This document shows positions 1-7,652 of a stretch of DNA of 15,483 nt, piece after piece. The notes under the pieces were generated by a model that worked only from the letters and a program-made list of their open reading frames with translations, was not told the origin of the DNA and ran no database searches. The DNA comes from Acidobacteriota bacterium (GTDB taxonomy: Bacteria > Acidobacteriota > UBA6911 > JACQSX01). Within the stretch, counting starts at the first letter, position 1, and every line of letters starts with the position of its first letter. Location: NCBI GenBank assembly GCA_036507075.1, contig DASXQR010000006.1:1-15483 (forward strand). Reading direction: 5' to 3'. The position numbers and the translations under genes are program-made.

Positions 1-196
1 GCAGGGGCGTAATGGCGAGCGTGGTCACTAAAAACCGGATTGTCCAGTCACCGGTCGCGTGCGTGATGAATTCAATCGGATTGGCGCCAAGATCATCATG
101 CAGACCGCGCCAGGTGAGAATTGCGACCGGAGACAGACAAGTCAAAAAGATTGCGACCTTAAGCCATTTCGAGGAGAGGAAATTGGAGAATTTCAA
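1..196 (-). CDS. msrQ: MsrQ (YedZ) heme-binding membrane subunit of methionine-sulfoxide reductase, 5' part only (runs off window edge)
   Basis: Not in the ORF track. Manual minus-strand translation from TTG at 196 gives LKFSNFLSSKWLKVAIFLTCLSPVAILTWRGLHDDLGANPIEFITHATGDWTIRFLVTTLAITPL, the typical MsrQ N-terminus (LGANP..H.TG.W...L..TLA.TPL). It lies downstream of msrP. An alternative TTG start is at 211. Confidence 0.92.
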   Translation of the reverse strand, partial: MKFSNFLSSKWLKVAIFLTCLSPVAILTWRGLHDDLGANPIEFITHATGDWTIRFLVTTLAITPL

Positions 197-218
197 GCTC
201 GAATTATTCAAAAATCTT

Positions 219-377
219 CACCGCAAAGAGCGCTAAGAATAGCGCAAAGGACGGGGGCTGCAACTTGAAGTATGAAGGCACCACGCCAACGTCTGACGCA
301 ACTCTATGACCTTCATACTTCAAGTTGCAGCCCCCGTCCTTTGCGCTATCTTGGCGTTCTTGGCGTTCTTTGCGGTT
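219..377. repeat. Palindromic intergenic element A (REP/MITE-like)
   Basis: Perfect 40-bp inverted repeat 239-278 / 310-349 with a 31-nt loop. Outer arms are 9-nt units (ACCGCAAAGAGCGCTAAG ... CTTGGCGTTCTTGGCGTTCTTTGCGGT). Confidence 0.93.
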
Positions 378-399
378 AAATTGTTTTGGATGATCCGAG

Positions 400-1362
400 T
401 TAGTAGTACTTCCGCAAATCCATTCCTTTGTAAAGCCCAGCCACCTGGTCGCCATAGCCGTTGAACATCAGGGTCTTGCGTTTGAAGAATTCTCCCAGGC
501 GGCGTTCCGATGCCTGGCTCCAGCGCGGATGATCGACTTCAGGATTCACGTTGGAATAAAAACCGTATTCCCGGGGAGTTGCAAGATTCCAAGTGGTGGG
601 CGGCTCCTTTTCCACAAATCGAATTTTCACCAGTGATTTGATGCTCTTGAAACCGTACTTCCAGGGGACGACTATTCTGACGGGAGCTCCGTTCTGATTG
701 GGCAAAGTCTCTCCGTACATGCCGACACAAAGAAGGGCCAGCGGATGCATGGCCTCGTCCAGACGCAACCCTTCCACGTAAGGAAAAGGAATACCTGCAT
801 AGCGCGCCTGCGGCATCTGTTTTGAGTCGAAATAGGTCTGAAAGGCGACGTATCTGGCCTTGGAATTCGGTTCGACCTGTTTGATCAAATGGCTCAGTGA
901 GTACCCGATCCACGGCACAACAATCGACCAAGCCTCGACGCAGCGGTGGCGATAAACGCGCTCCTCCAGAGGCGCGAGCTTCAAGATGGAATCCATGTCG
1001 TAGGTTTTCGGCTTATTAACAAGGCCTTCGACGGAAACGCTCCACGGAGAGGTCTTGAAGTTCTTAGCCTTCTCAGACGGATCTTCTTTGCCCGTGCCGA
1101 ATTCGTAGTAGTTGTTGTAAGTGGAAACTTTGTCGAATGGCGTCTGCTTTTCGTCGGTGCTGAACTGACCACGGGAGGAGACGTTGAGCTTGGTTCCGGC
1201 CAGGACCGAAATCTCCGGGGAAATGATCTTTACCATTTCACGAGCCGCCACCAACCCGGCGCCCGCACAACCTGCATCCTTAAGGAATTCTCGCCTGTTT
1301 ACGTAGACACTCTTAGGAGTAACTTCCGAATAAGCGACATTGTCTGGTTTTCTAATCAGCAT
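400..1362 (-). CDS. msrP: MsrP (YedY) periplasmic molybdopterin protein-methionine-sulfoxide reductase catalytic subunit
   Basis: Tat motif NRREFLK; motifs YNNYYEFG, HRCVEAWS (Mo-ligating Cys), NGAPVRIVVPWKYGFKSIK, NPEVDHPRWSQA; GAGAGG SD before the ATG. Confidence 0.97.
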   Translation of the reverse strand: MLIRKPDNVAYSEVTPKSVYVNRREFLKDAGCAGAGLVAAREMVKIISPEISVLAGTKLNVSSRGQFSTDEKQTPFDKVSTYNNYYEFGTGKEDPSEKAKNFKTSPWSVSVEGLVNKPKTYDMDSILKLAPLEERVYRHRCVEAWSIVVPWIGYSLSHLIKQVEPNSKARYVAFQTYFDSKQMPQARYAGIPFPYVEGLRLDEAMHPLALLCVGMYGETLPNQNGAPVRIVVPWKYGFKSIKSLVKIRFVEKEPPTTWNLATPREYGFYSNVNPEVDHPRWSQASERRLGEFFKRKTLMFNGYGDQVAGLYKGMDLRKYY

Positions 1363-1399
1363 ACATACCTCTCATTACTTGAGCGCCGCCATACCGTGG

Positions 1400-1572
1400 G
1401 TAAGAATTATTTCACCACAAAGACACAAAGTACACAAAGTCAGACGAGGAGCGGGCAGAGTCCGGTCACTTCTCAAAGTGAACTGTGGCGTCGTCTTCTT
1501 TGGTGACCGGGCTCTGCCTGCTCCTCGTCCCGCTTTGTGTCCTTTGTGTCTTTGTGGTGAAATAATTCTTAC
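1400..1572. repeat. Palindromic intergenic element B
   Basis: About 70-bp imperfect inverted repeat 1400-1469 / 1503-1572 (outer 31 bp perfect) with a 33-nt loop. Contains CACCACAAAGACACAAAG units. Confidence 0.95.
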
Positions 1573-1577
1573 TCCCG

Positions 1578-2609
1578 ATGAAAAAAGCTGAGCTGAAGAT
1601 TGGACTGCTGGGACTGGGCCGGCTGGGAAGAATCTACGCGGGCCAACTGGCGCGGCAGATCGCGGGGGCGCGCCTGGTCGCCGTTGCCGATCCGCTGCCG
1701 GATCGGGCAAAACAGATCGCGGAAGAATGGGGAGTGGAAAAATCCGGCAGCGATCCCCTGGGCCTGATCGACGATCCGCAGGTGGATGCGGTAGTGATCG
1801 CATCGCCCACTCACACGCATAAAGAGCTGGTGATCGCGGCAGCACGGCGAAACAAAAAGATTTTCTGCGAGAAGCCGCTCTCTCTTTCGCTGCGCGAAGC
1901 GATTGAGATAAAGGAGGCAGTGGATCACAGCGGGGCGTTTTTTCAGATGGGCCTGATGCGCCGCTTCGATCGGGGCTACGCAGCGGCAAAAAAGAGAATC
2001 GAGCAGGGCGTGATCGGAAGACCCCTGGTATTCAAGGCCAGCTCGCGCGATCCCTTCCTGCCCGCCCTCGAGTATTTGGATCCAAAGACCAGCGGCGGCA
2101 TTTTCATCGATATGGGCATTCACGATTTTGACCTGGCGCTCTGGCTCATCGGCAGGGTCCGGACGGTCACCTCCATTGGCGGCGTGCTGGCGTTTCCGCA
2201 GGTGGAGGAAATGGGTGATATCGACAATGCCATCGTAACGCTGATTTTTGAAGAGGGCCAGCTGGGCGTGGTCGATTTGAGCCGCAGCGGTCTTTACGGC
2301 TACGACATCTCAGCCGACATTCTGGGAAGCGCCGGCACGCTGCGCGTAGGTTATCTGCGTGAAACACCGGTTCTGGTGATGACTAAAGACGGGGTCGCCC
2401 ATGATGTCGTGCCTTATTTTCCGGAGCGTTTTGGCCAGGCTTACCGTGATCAATTGCAGAATTTCGTCGATAACGTCCGCGCCGGCCGCCCCGCCCCCGT
2501 AACGCTTGCAGACGGCATCGAAGCTCTGCGCGTGAGCGTGGCCGCCACAGAATCCTTTCGGACCGGCCGGCCCGTGGAGATCGCGGCAATATCCGAGCCG
2601 CGCGCGTAA
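1578..2609 (+). CDS. Gfo/Idh/MocA family NAD(P)-dependent oxidoreductase (inositol 2-dehydrogenase-like)
   Basis: Rossmann GLGRLG, CEKPL, MRRFD and GGIFIDMGIHDFD motifs; 343 aa. Confidence 0.92.
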   Translation: MKKAELKIGLLGLGRLGRIYAGQLARQIAGARLVAVADPLPDRAKQIAEEWGVEKSGSDPLGLIDDPQVDAVVIASPTHTHKELVIAAARRNKKIFCEKPLSLSLREAIEIKEAVDHSGAFFQMGLMRRFDRGYAAAKKRIEQGVIGRPLVFKASSRDPFLPALEYLDPKTSGGIFIDMGIHDFDLALWLIGRVRTVTSIGGVLAFPQVEEMGDIDNAIVTLIFEEGQLGVVDLSRSGLYGYDISADILGSAGTLRVGYLRETPVLVMTKDGVAHDVVPYFPERFGQAYRDQLQNFVDNVRAGRPAPVTLADGIEALRVSVAATESFRTGRPVEIAAISEPRA

Positions 2610-2818
2610 GCAAGCGGATTCTCCGGAGGGATAGAGGGATGGAGAGATGGAGAGATGGAGGGATGGAGGGAATGAGGGATGGAGGGAGTGAGGGAAAGAC
2701 AGTGAGTTCTGTACGGGCTTTGGCCAGCGCTCCAAAAACCCTCCCTCTTTCCGTCCCTCATTCCCTCCATCCCTCTGTCCCTCCGGAGGGTCCGCTTGCT
2801 TACGCGTGCGGTTCGGAT
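2591..2818. repeat. Composite palindromic element C (REP-like outer arms plus octamer tandem-repeat inner arms)
   Basis: Outer arms ATCCGAGCCGCGCGCGTAAGCAAGCGG (2591-2617) and the near-complement at 2792-2818. Inner 9 x GAGGGATG-like units (2626-2697) face about 5.5 complementary units (2739-2783). Overlaps the stop codon at 2607-2609. Confidence 0.93.
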
Positions 2819-2844
2819 TTCGGCGGGGATATCCGAGAGGTGTA

Positions 2845-5031
2845 ATGCTTAGATCGATAAGGACGGCCATTATTGTCTGCATTGCCCTTCTGCTTGCATC
2901 ACCCGCCGCCAGCGCAGCTCTGCCCGCAGATGGTGAAAGGCCGGTGATGCGTGCGCTGCGCGCCAGCGGTCCGATCGTCATCGATGGTGATTTGAATGAA
3001 CCGGACTGGCAGCGGGTCGAACCAGCTTCCGGCTTCATCCAGAAGATTCCGCGCACCGGGGATCCGGCCACCGAACAAACCGAAGTCAGGATCCTTTACG
3101 ACGACAACAATCTCTATCTGGGAGTCTACTGCCTGGATTCGGCCGGCTCGCGCGGGATCGTCGTCAACGACATTTCGAAAGATTTCTTCACTCTGGACAG
3201 CGACGGATTCCAGGTGGTGCTGGATACTTTCCACGACAAACGGAATTGTTTTCTCTTCGGAACCAATCCGAAGGGAGGAAAGTTTGACATGCAGATCGGG
3301 GCCGACGGCGCCGCCGGTAATACAGACTGGGACGGCATCTGGTACGTAAAGACCCGTGTTGACGAGCGCGGCTGGCAGATCGAAATGGCCATCCCGTTCA
3401 AGACACTCCGCTTTCATGAGGCCGAAGAGCAGATCTGGGGCATCAATTTTGAAAGGCGGGTGCGGCGTAAGTTCGAGGATTCATACTGGGCGGCGCTTCA
3501 GCCCCCGTATCGCGTGAGCCGCGTATCGCTTGCCGGCACGCTGCAGGGCCTCCGTGGCATAAAGCAGCCCCGCAACCTCTATGTGAAACCTTATCTGTCG
3601 GCGCCGCTGGGCCGCAAGGAAAATGACGATGTGGATTTCAATCCTGACGCCGGGTTGGACCTGAAATACGGCGTCAGTTCGCAGATGACATTCGATGCCA
3701 CTCTGAACACCGATTTTTCTCAGGTCGAGGCCGATGACGCGCAGATAAACCTGACGCGCTTCAGCCTGTTCTTTCCTGAAAAACGCGACTTCTTCCTGGA
3801 AAACGCCGGAACATTCATCTGGGGAAGGCCGAAGCGACGCCCCATGTTTGGACCGGATCGCAGCCGGCGGCTCGACCTGATTCCATTTTTCAGCCGCCGC
3901 ATCGGGCTGACCGACGATGGAGAGCTGGTCCCCATCCGCGGCGGGGCGCGGCTGACCGGGCGCGCCGGTCCGTACAACCTTGGACTGCTTTCCATGCAGA
4001 CCGGCAGGTTCGAATCGCTGCCGGAAACGAATTTCTCCGTCGTGCGGCTGCGCCGGGATCTCTCCCGGTATTCGGACGCAGGCGGAATCTTCATCAATAA
4101 ATATGAAGACGGCGGCCGATTCAATCGCACCTATGGGGCGGACACGAATCTTCGCTTCTTCCAGTATCTCGACGTCACTTCTTATCTGCTGAAGACGGAT
4201 TCGCCCGGCAAGCACGGGCGCGATCAGGCCGGGGACCTTGAAGTTTCATGGCGTGACAGCCTTTTTGATGTGCGGGCGGGACATCTCTGGATCGGGGAAA
4301 ACTTCAATCCGGAAGTGGGATTTGCTCCACGGCGCGGCATTCGCAAGACTTCCGGAGAATTCAACCTCACGCCGCGCCCCGGAGAGCGAATGGCGGCGGT
4401 GCGGGAATTTCAACCGACTGTGGAATTTGACTACATCACCGATCCGGAGGGGCGCCTGGAGACCCGGCGCCTGGAAACGCGTTTTGGCGTGCTGTTCTCC
4501 AACAGCAGCTTTGTGCTGTTCGGGCGCGAGGCAAACTTCGAGCGGCTGGATGAGCCTTTTGCAATCCGCAAGAACCAGAAAATACCGGTGGGCGATTACC
4601 GGTTTGATCAGTACTCGGCCTATTACCAGAGCGACAGAAGCCGCATTCTAAGCGCCATATTGACCGTTTCCACTGGAGGATTTTATGACGGTGACCGCGA
4701 TTCTTTGGGCGGCACTCTGGTGGTGCAGCCGGACTATCATTTTCTGGCCCGCTTTTCGTGGAATCACGACGACGTGCGGCTGCCGACTGGAAATTTCAAA
4801 ACGAATCTCCTATCGAGCCGGCTGAATTACTCGTTTACAACGAACCTGTTTCTCAGCGCCCTGATCCAGTACAACAGCGACGATCACGCCGTCACCAGCA
4901 ACATTCGCCTCAATTTTATTTACAGGCCGCTGAGTAATTTCTTTCTCGTTTATAACGAACGCCGCAGCAGCACCGGCATAGTCACCGAACGCGCGCTGAT
5001 TGCAAAGCTGACGCGGATTTTTGCATTTTGA
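2845..5031 (+). CDS. DUF5916-type protein with N-terminal CBM9-like domain; probable outer-membrane beta-barrel
   Basis: ATG 2845 with GAGAGG SD; signal peptide; IDGDLNEPDW and EMAIPFKTLRF (CBM9-like); NTDFSQVEAD and LFFPEKRDFFLE (DUF5916-like); alternating beta-strand pattern and C-terminal Phe. Confidence 0.85.
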   Translation: MLRSIRTAIIVCIALLLASPAASAALPADGERPVMRALRASGPIVIDGDLNEPDWQRVEPASGFIQKIPRTGDPATEQTEVRILYDDNNLYLGVYCLDSAGSRGIVVNDISKDFFTLDSDGFQVVLDTFHDKRNCFLFGTNPKGGKFDMQIGADGAAGNTDWDGIWYVKTRVDERGWQIEMAIPFKTLRFHEAEEQIWGINFERRVRRKFEDSYWAALQPPYRVSRVSLAGTLQGLRGIKQPRNLYVKPYLSAPLGRKENDDVDFNPDAGLDLKYGVSSQMTFDATLNTDFSQVEADDAQINLTRFSLFFPEKRDFFLENAGTFIWGRPKRRPMFGPDRSRRLDLIPFFSRRIGLTDDGELVPIRGGARLTGRAGPYNLGLLSMQTGRFESLPETNFSVVRLRRDLSRYSDAGGIFINKYEDGGRFNRTYGADTNLRFFQYLDVTSYLLKTDSPGKHGRDQAGDLEVSWRDSLFDVRAGHLWIGENFNPEVGFAPRRGIRKTSGEFNLTPRPGERMAAVREFQPTVEFDYITDPEGRLETRRLETRFGVLFSNSSFVLFGREANFERLDEPFAIRKNQKIPVGDYRFDQYSAYYQSDRSRILSAILTVSTGGFYDGDRDSLGGTLVVQPDYHFLARFSWNHDDVRLPTGNFKTNLLSSRLNYSFTTNLFLSALIQYNSDDHAVTSNIRLNFIYRPLSNFFLVYNERRSSTGIVTERALIAKLTRIFAF

Positions 5032-5096
5032 ATCTCACCACAAAGACACAAAGTGCACAAAGTTCTTCGTGGTCTTTGTGTCTTTGTGGTGAGATT
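5031..5096. repeat. Minimal palindromic element D
   Basis: Perfect 23-bp inverted repeat AATCTCACCACAAAGACACAAAG (5031-5053) / 5074-5096. Same unit sequence as elements B and F. Confidence 0.93.
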
Positions 5097-5107
5097 GACA
5101 AATTTTA

Positions 5108-5860
5108 ATGACCGAATTCCTGCTGATCTCCGCTGCCGGATTTGCCGCCGGGTTTGTCAATGCCGTCGCGGGCGGCGGGACGCTGATCACATTCCCTGCC
5201 CTGCTCTTTGGGGGCAGGAGCGCGGTGCTCGCCAACGCCACCAGCACGGTAGCCATCTGGCCCGGATCCTTGTCGAGCGTGTGGGCCTACCGCCGGCAGA
5301 TCCGAGATCGTCGCCGCGAGGCGTTCGTGCTGGCTGTTCCCTCCGTAATCGGAGGCCTGATCGGCTCGGTGCTGCTGATCTACACGCCCGAGAAAGCCTT
5401 CCGCGTCATTGTTCCTTACCTTATTCTGCTTGCCTGCGGGCTTCTTATTTTCCAGGGACGCATCGGCCGCTGGGTGGCCAGGCATATGGGACATGGCGCG
5501 GCACACGTCTCTGCTGTTCACTGGTTAGTGCAATTTTTGATTTCCATTTACGGCGGGTATTTTGGCGCGGGAATCGGAATCTTAATGCTTGCGGCCATGG
5601 CTATTTTTCTTCCCGAAGATTTGCAGTCGGCCAACGCGCTCAAGGTGTTCTTTGGAATGCTGATCAACGGCATGGCGATGCTTTACTTTGTTGTCATCGG
5701 AGCGGCCGATCTTCGCGCTGCCGGCGTGATGGCGCTGGCTTCCCTGCTTGGCGGTTACCTGGGCGCGCACACCGCGCAGCGGCTTTCACCGGCGCTGCTG
5801 CGCGCCGTCGTGGTCGCGTTCGGTCTGATCGTCGCCGTGCATCTGTTCCGCACGAACTAA
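5108..5860 (+). CDS. TauE/SafE (TSUP) family membrane transporter
   Basis: GFVNAVAGGGTLITFPAL, ANAT, YGGYFGAGIGIL and ANALK motifs; 250 aa, multi-TM. Confidence 0.93.
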   Translation: MTEFLLISAAGFAAGFVNAVAGGGTLITFPALLFGGRSAVLANATSTVAIWPGSLSSVWAYRRQIRDRRREAFVLAVPSVIGGLIGSVLLIYTPEKAFRVIVPYLILLACGLLIFQGRIGRWVARHMGHGAAHVSAVHWLVQFLISIYGGYFGAGIGILMLAAMAIFLPEDLQSANALKVFFGMLINGMAMLYFVVIGAADLRAAGVMALASLLGGYLGAHTAQRLSPALLRAVVVAFGLIVAVHLFRTN

Positions 5861-5862
5861 AT

Positions 5863-5944
5863 TCGAAAGTCGAGGGTCGAACGTTGAAAGTCGAAGGTCG
5901 AAAGTCGAAGGAGGTCCTGACTTTGGACTTTCTGACTTTCCGAC
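5863..5944. repeat. Heptamer tandem repeat with degenerate inverted arm (element E)
   Basis: 7 x TCGAAAG-like units at 5863-5911, then GACTTT-containing complementary units at 5919-5944. Confidence 0.85.
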
Positions 5945-6069
5945 AAGATGCCACAAAGACCGTTGACCAGTGACTCATGACGGAAGACAAAACTTTCTTC
6001 CCCCTCACCGAAAAAAATGAGATATTACGCAAACCCTTTCAAACACATCGGTCTGCAAAAGGAGATCGT

Positions 6070-6597
6070 ATGAAAAAGTGCGCGTTTTTAATCATCCTGT
6101 CCGCCCTGACTGTCTGTTTTGTATACGCTCCTCCACCTGCTGCCACACACGTGGTGGTCAGGGCTGATCAGATAAAGTGGGGGTCCGCACCCCCGACTCT
6201 GCCGGCCGGGGCTCAAATGACGGTGCTATCCGGTGACCCGTCAAAACCGGGACTTTTCACCATCAGATTGAAAGCACCTGACGGATTCAAAGTCGCTCCC
6301 CATTGGCATCCGACGGCCGAAAACCTGACGGTTCTTCAGGGGAGATTTGGCATTGGAACCGGCGATAAGTTCGATCCCAGGCCGGAAAACGAACTGACCA
6401 CCGGCAGTTTCACCATGATGCCGGCCAAAATGCATCACTTTGCCTGGACAAGAGGGGAGACCGTGGTGCAGGTCAGCGCCATGGGCCCGTTCAAACTCAT
6501 CTATGTAAATCCGGCCGACAATCCCAATAAGCCACCCGTCAAGCCGGCAAAGGCGGCAACCGAGAAACCGAAACCCAAGGCAAAAACGGGCTACTGA
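6070..6597 (+). CDS. Secreted cupin-domain protein (DUF4437-like) with Lys/Pro/Ala-rich tail
   Basis: ATG 6070 with AAGGAG SD; signal peptide MKKCAFLIILSAL; cupin motifs PHWHPTAE and MPAKMHHFA; GDPSKPG. Confidence 0.85.
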   Translation: MKKCAFLIILSALTVCFVYAPPPAATHVVVRADQIKWGSAPPTLPAGAQMTVLSGDPSKPGLFTIRLKAPDGFKVAPHWHPTAENLTVLQGRFGIGTGDKFDPRPENELTTGSFTMMPAKMHHFAWTRGETVVQVSAMGPFKLIYVNPADNPNKPPVKPAKAATEKPKPKAKTGY

Positions 6598-6607
6598 TTT
6601 GAATGAA

Positions 6608-6659
6608 AAGCTTGGTGCCTTGGTGGTTCAATGCATTCAACCGCCAGGACACCGGGCTT
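6608..6659. repeat. Short imperfect hairpin of the same repeat family with arms in reversed order
   Basis: AAGCTTGGTGCCTTGGTGGTT (6608-6628) pairs with AACCGCCAGGACACCGGGCTT (6639-6659), using 4 G-T pairs and 1 C-A mismatch. Confidence 0.75.
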
Positions 6660-6679
6660 GCAACAGGTAGGAGGCGTAA

Positions 6680-7576
6680 ATGAAAACTCGAGTACCGCAT
6701 CTACTCTGGGTCCTACCGATCCTTCTCTTGGTTTTCCATCTTCCCGCACCTTCCGCTGCAGCGGCGGAAAAGATCAACATCATTGCCATCGGCGCGCATC
6801 CGGACGACTGTGACAACCGTGCCGGAGGCGTGGCCGCCAAGTGGGCGGCGCTCGGGCATCGCGTTCGATTCGTCGCGGTTACAAACGGAGACGCGGGACA
6901 TCAGAAGGAGGGCGGGTCTGCTCTGGCGCGCCGCCGCGAAGCGGAGGCCAAGGAAGCAGCACGCCGAATCGGGATCGAATACGTGGTCCTGAACAACCAC
7001 GATGGAAAACTTCTGCCCACGTTGGAAGTGCGCGAGCAGGTGATTCGCCAGATCCGCCAGGCCAACGCAGACCTGGTGCTGGCGCCGCGGCCAAATGATT
7101 ACCATCCCGATCACCGCTACACCGGAGTGCTGGTTCAGGATGCAGCCTACATGGTGACGGTGCCCAATATTTGTCCCGATACTCCGGCGCTGCGAAAGAA
7201 TCCGGTCTTCATGTACTTTCAGGACGGCTTCCAGAGGCCCAATCCCTTTTCTCCCGATGTGGCCGTTTCGCTGGACGATGTGATCGAAAAGAAATACGAC
7301 ATGCTCGACGCGCATGTCTCGCAGATGTACGAGTGGCTCGCCTGGCACGCAGGACTTCTCGACCAGGTCCCCAAAGACGCCAAGGCGCGCAGGGAGTGGC
7401 TCAAAACGCAGCGCCGCTACGAACCAACTCCGGCCGTGCGCCAGTCGTTGATCAAGTGGTACGGCCCGGACCGGGGCGGCAATATCAAATATGCCGAAGC
7501 CTTTGAGGTCTGTGAATACGGCACCCGGCCCACGACGGAAGACATTCGCCGCCTGTTTCCGTTCTTCCCGCGCTGA
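6680..7576 (+). CDS. PIG-L/LmbE family deacetylase with signal peptide
   Basis: GAHPDD, TNGDAG, RRxxEA, DYHPDH and YAEAF motifs; AGGAGG SD; hydrophobic N-terminus ending in AAAA. Confidence 0.92.
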   Translation: MKTRVPHLLWVLPILLLVFHLPAPSAAAAEKINIIAIGAHPDDCDNRAGGVAAKWAALGHRVRFVAVTNGDAGHQKEGGSALARRREAEAKEAARRIGIEYVVLNNHDGKLLPTLEVREQVIRQIRQANADLVLAPRPNDYHPDHRYTGVLVQDAAYMVTVPNICPDTPALRKNPVFMYFQDGFQRPNPFSPDVAVSLDDVIEKKYDMLDAHVSQMYEWLAWHAGLLDQVPKDAKARREWLKTQRRYEPTPAVRQSLIKWYGPDRGGNIKYAEAFEVCEYGTRPTTEDIRRLFPFFPR

Positions 7577-7579
7577 TCC

Positions 7580-7641
7580 GCGTCCATCTGCGGCCCAAAT
7601 TCGCGCCACCGGCGTTCATCTGCGGCCGCGGCTGCGGCCGC
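7580..7641. repeat. Direct repeat plus GC-rich hairpin between convergent genes
   Basis: GCGT(C/T)CATCTGCGGCC at 7580-7595 and 7612-7627. GCGGCCGC at 7622-7629 and 7634-7641 can pair. Confidence 0.6.
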
Positions 7642-7652
7642 GACCCCAATAC

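Noticed and set aside
399..409. GTACTACTAAC at the msrP 3' end (minus strand) matches the left boundary of the 150-bp insert (11818-11828)
   Set aside because: It encodes a plausible MsrP ending (KYY-stop), and no matching second terminus is nearby; probably coincidence.
204..455. Short ORFs across the repeats (204-455, 1340-1591, 2450-2770, 2639-2845, 5035-5256, 10427-10615, 11663-11942)
   Set aside because: Their low-complexity peptides (PLCLCGE, HHKDTK, PSIPPS) are translations of the repeat units; there are no family motifs.
2626..2697. G-quadruplex or triplex role for the GAGGG array
   Set aside because: Possible in principle, but the complementary arm and parallel non-G-rich elements explain it better as a hairpin arm.
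2694..2726. GAAAGACAGYGAG...TGGCCA shared by the interiors of C and G (11776-11797)
   Set aside because: Short, purine-rich and differently spaced; cannot be distinguished from chance by eye.
2806..2844. ORF-track upstream starts for the DUF5916 (2806), cupin (5977), subtilase (10034) and PspC (10410) genes
   Set aside because: Downstream ATGs have SD sequences and give proper signal peptides or domain starts.
6713..7609. 298-aa antisense ORF opposite the PIG-L gene, and similar long shadow ORFs (5053-5973, 12478-13326, 3481-4215)
   Set aside because: They overlap well-supported genes, lack motifs, and are expected in GC-rich coding DNA.
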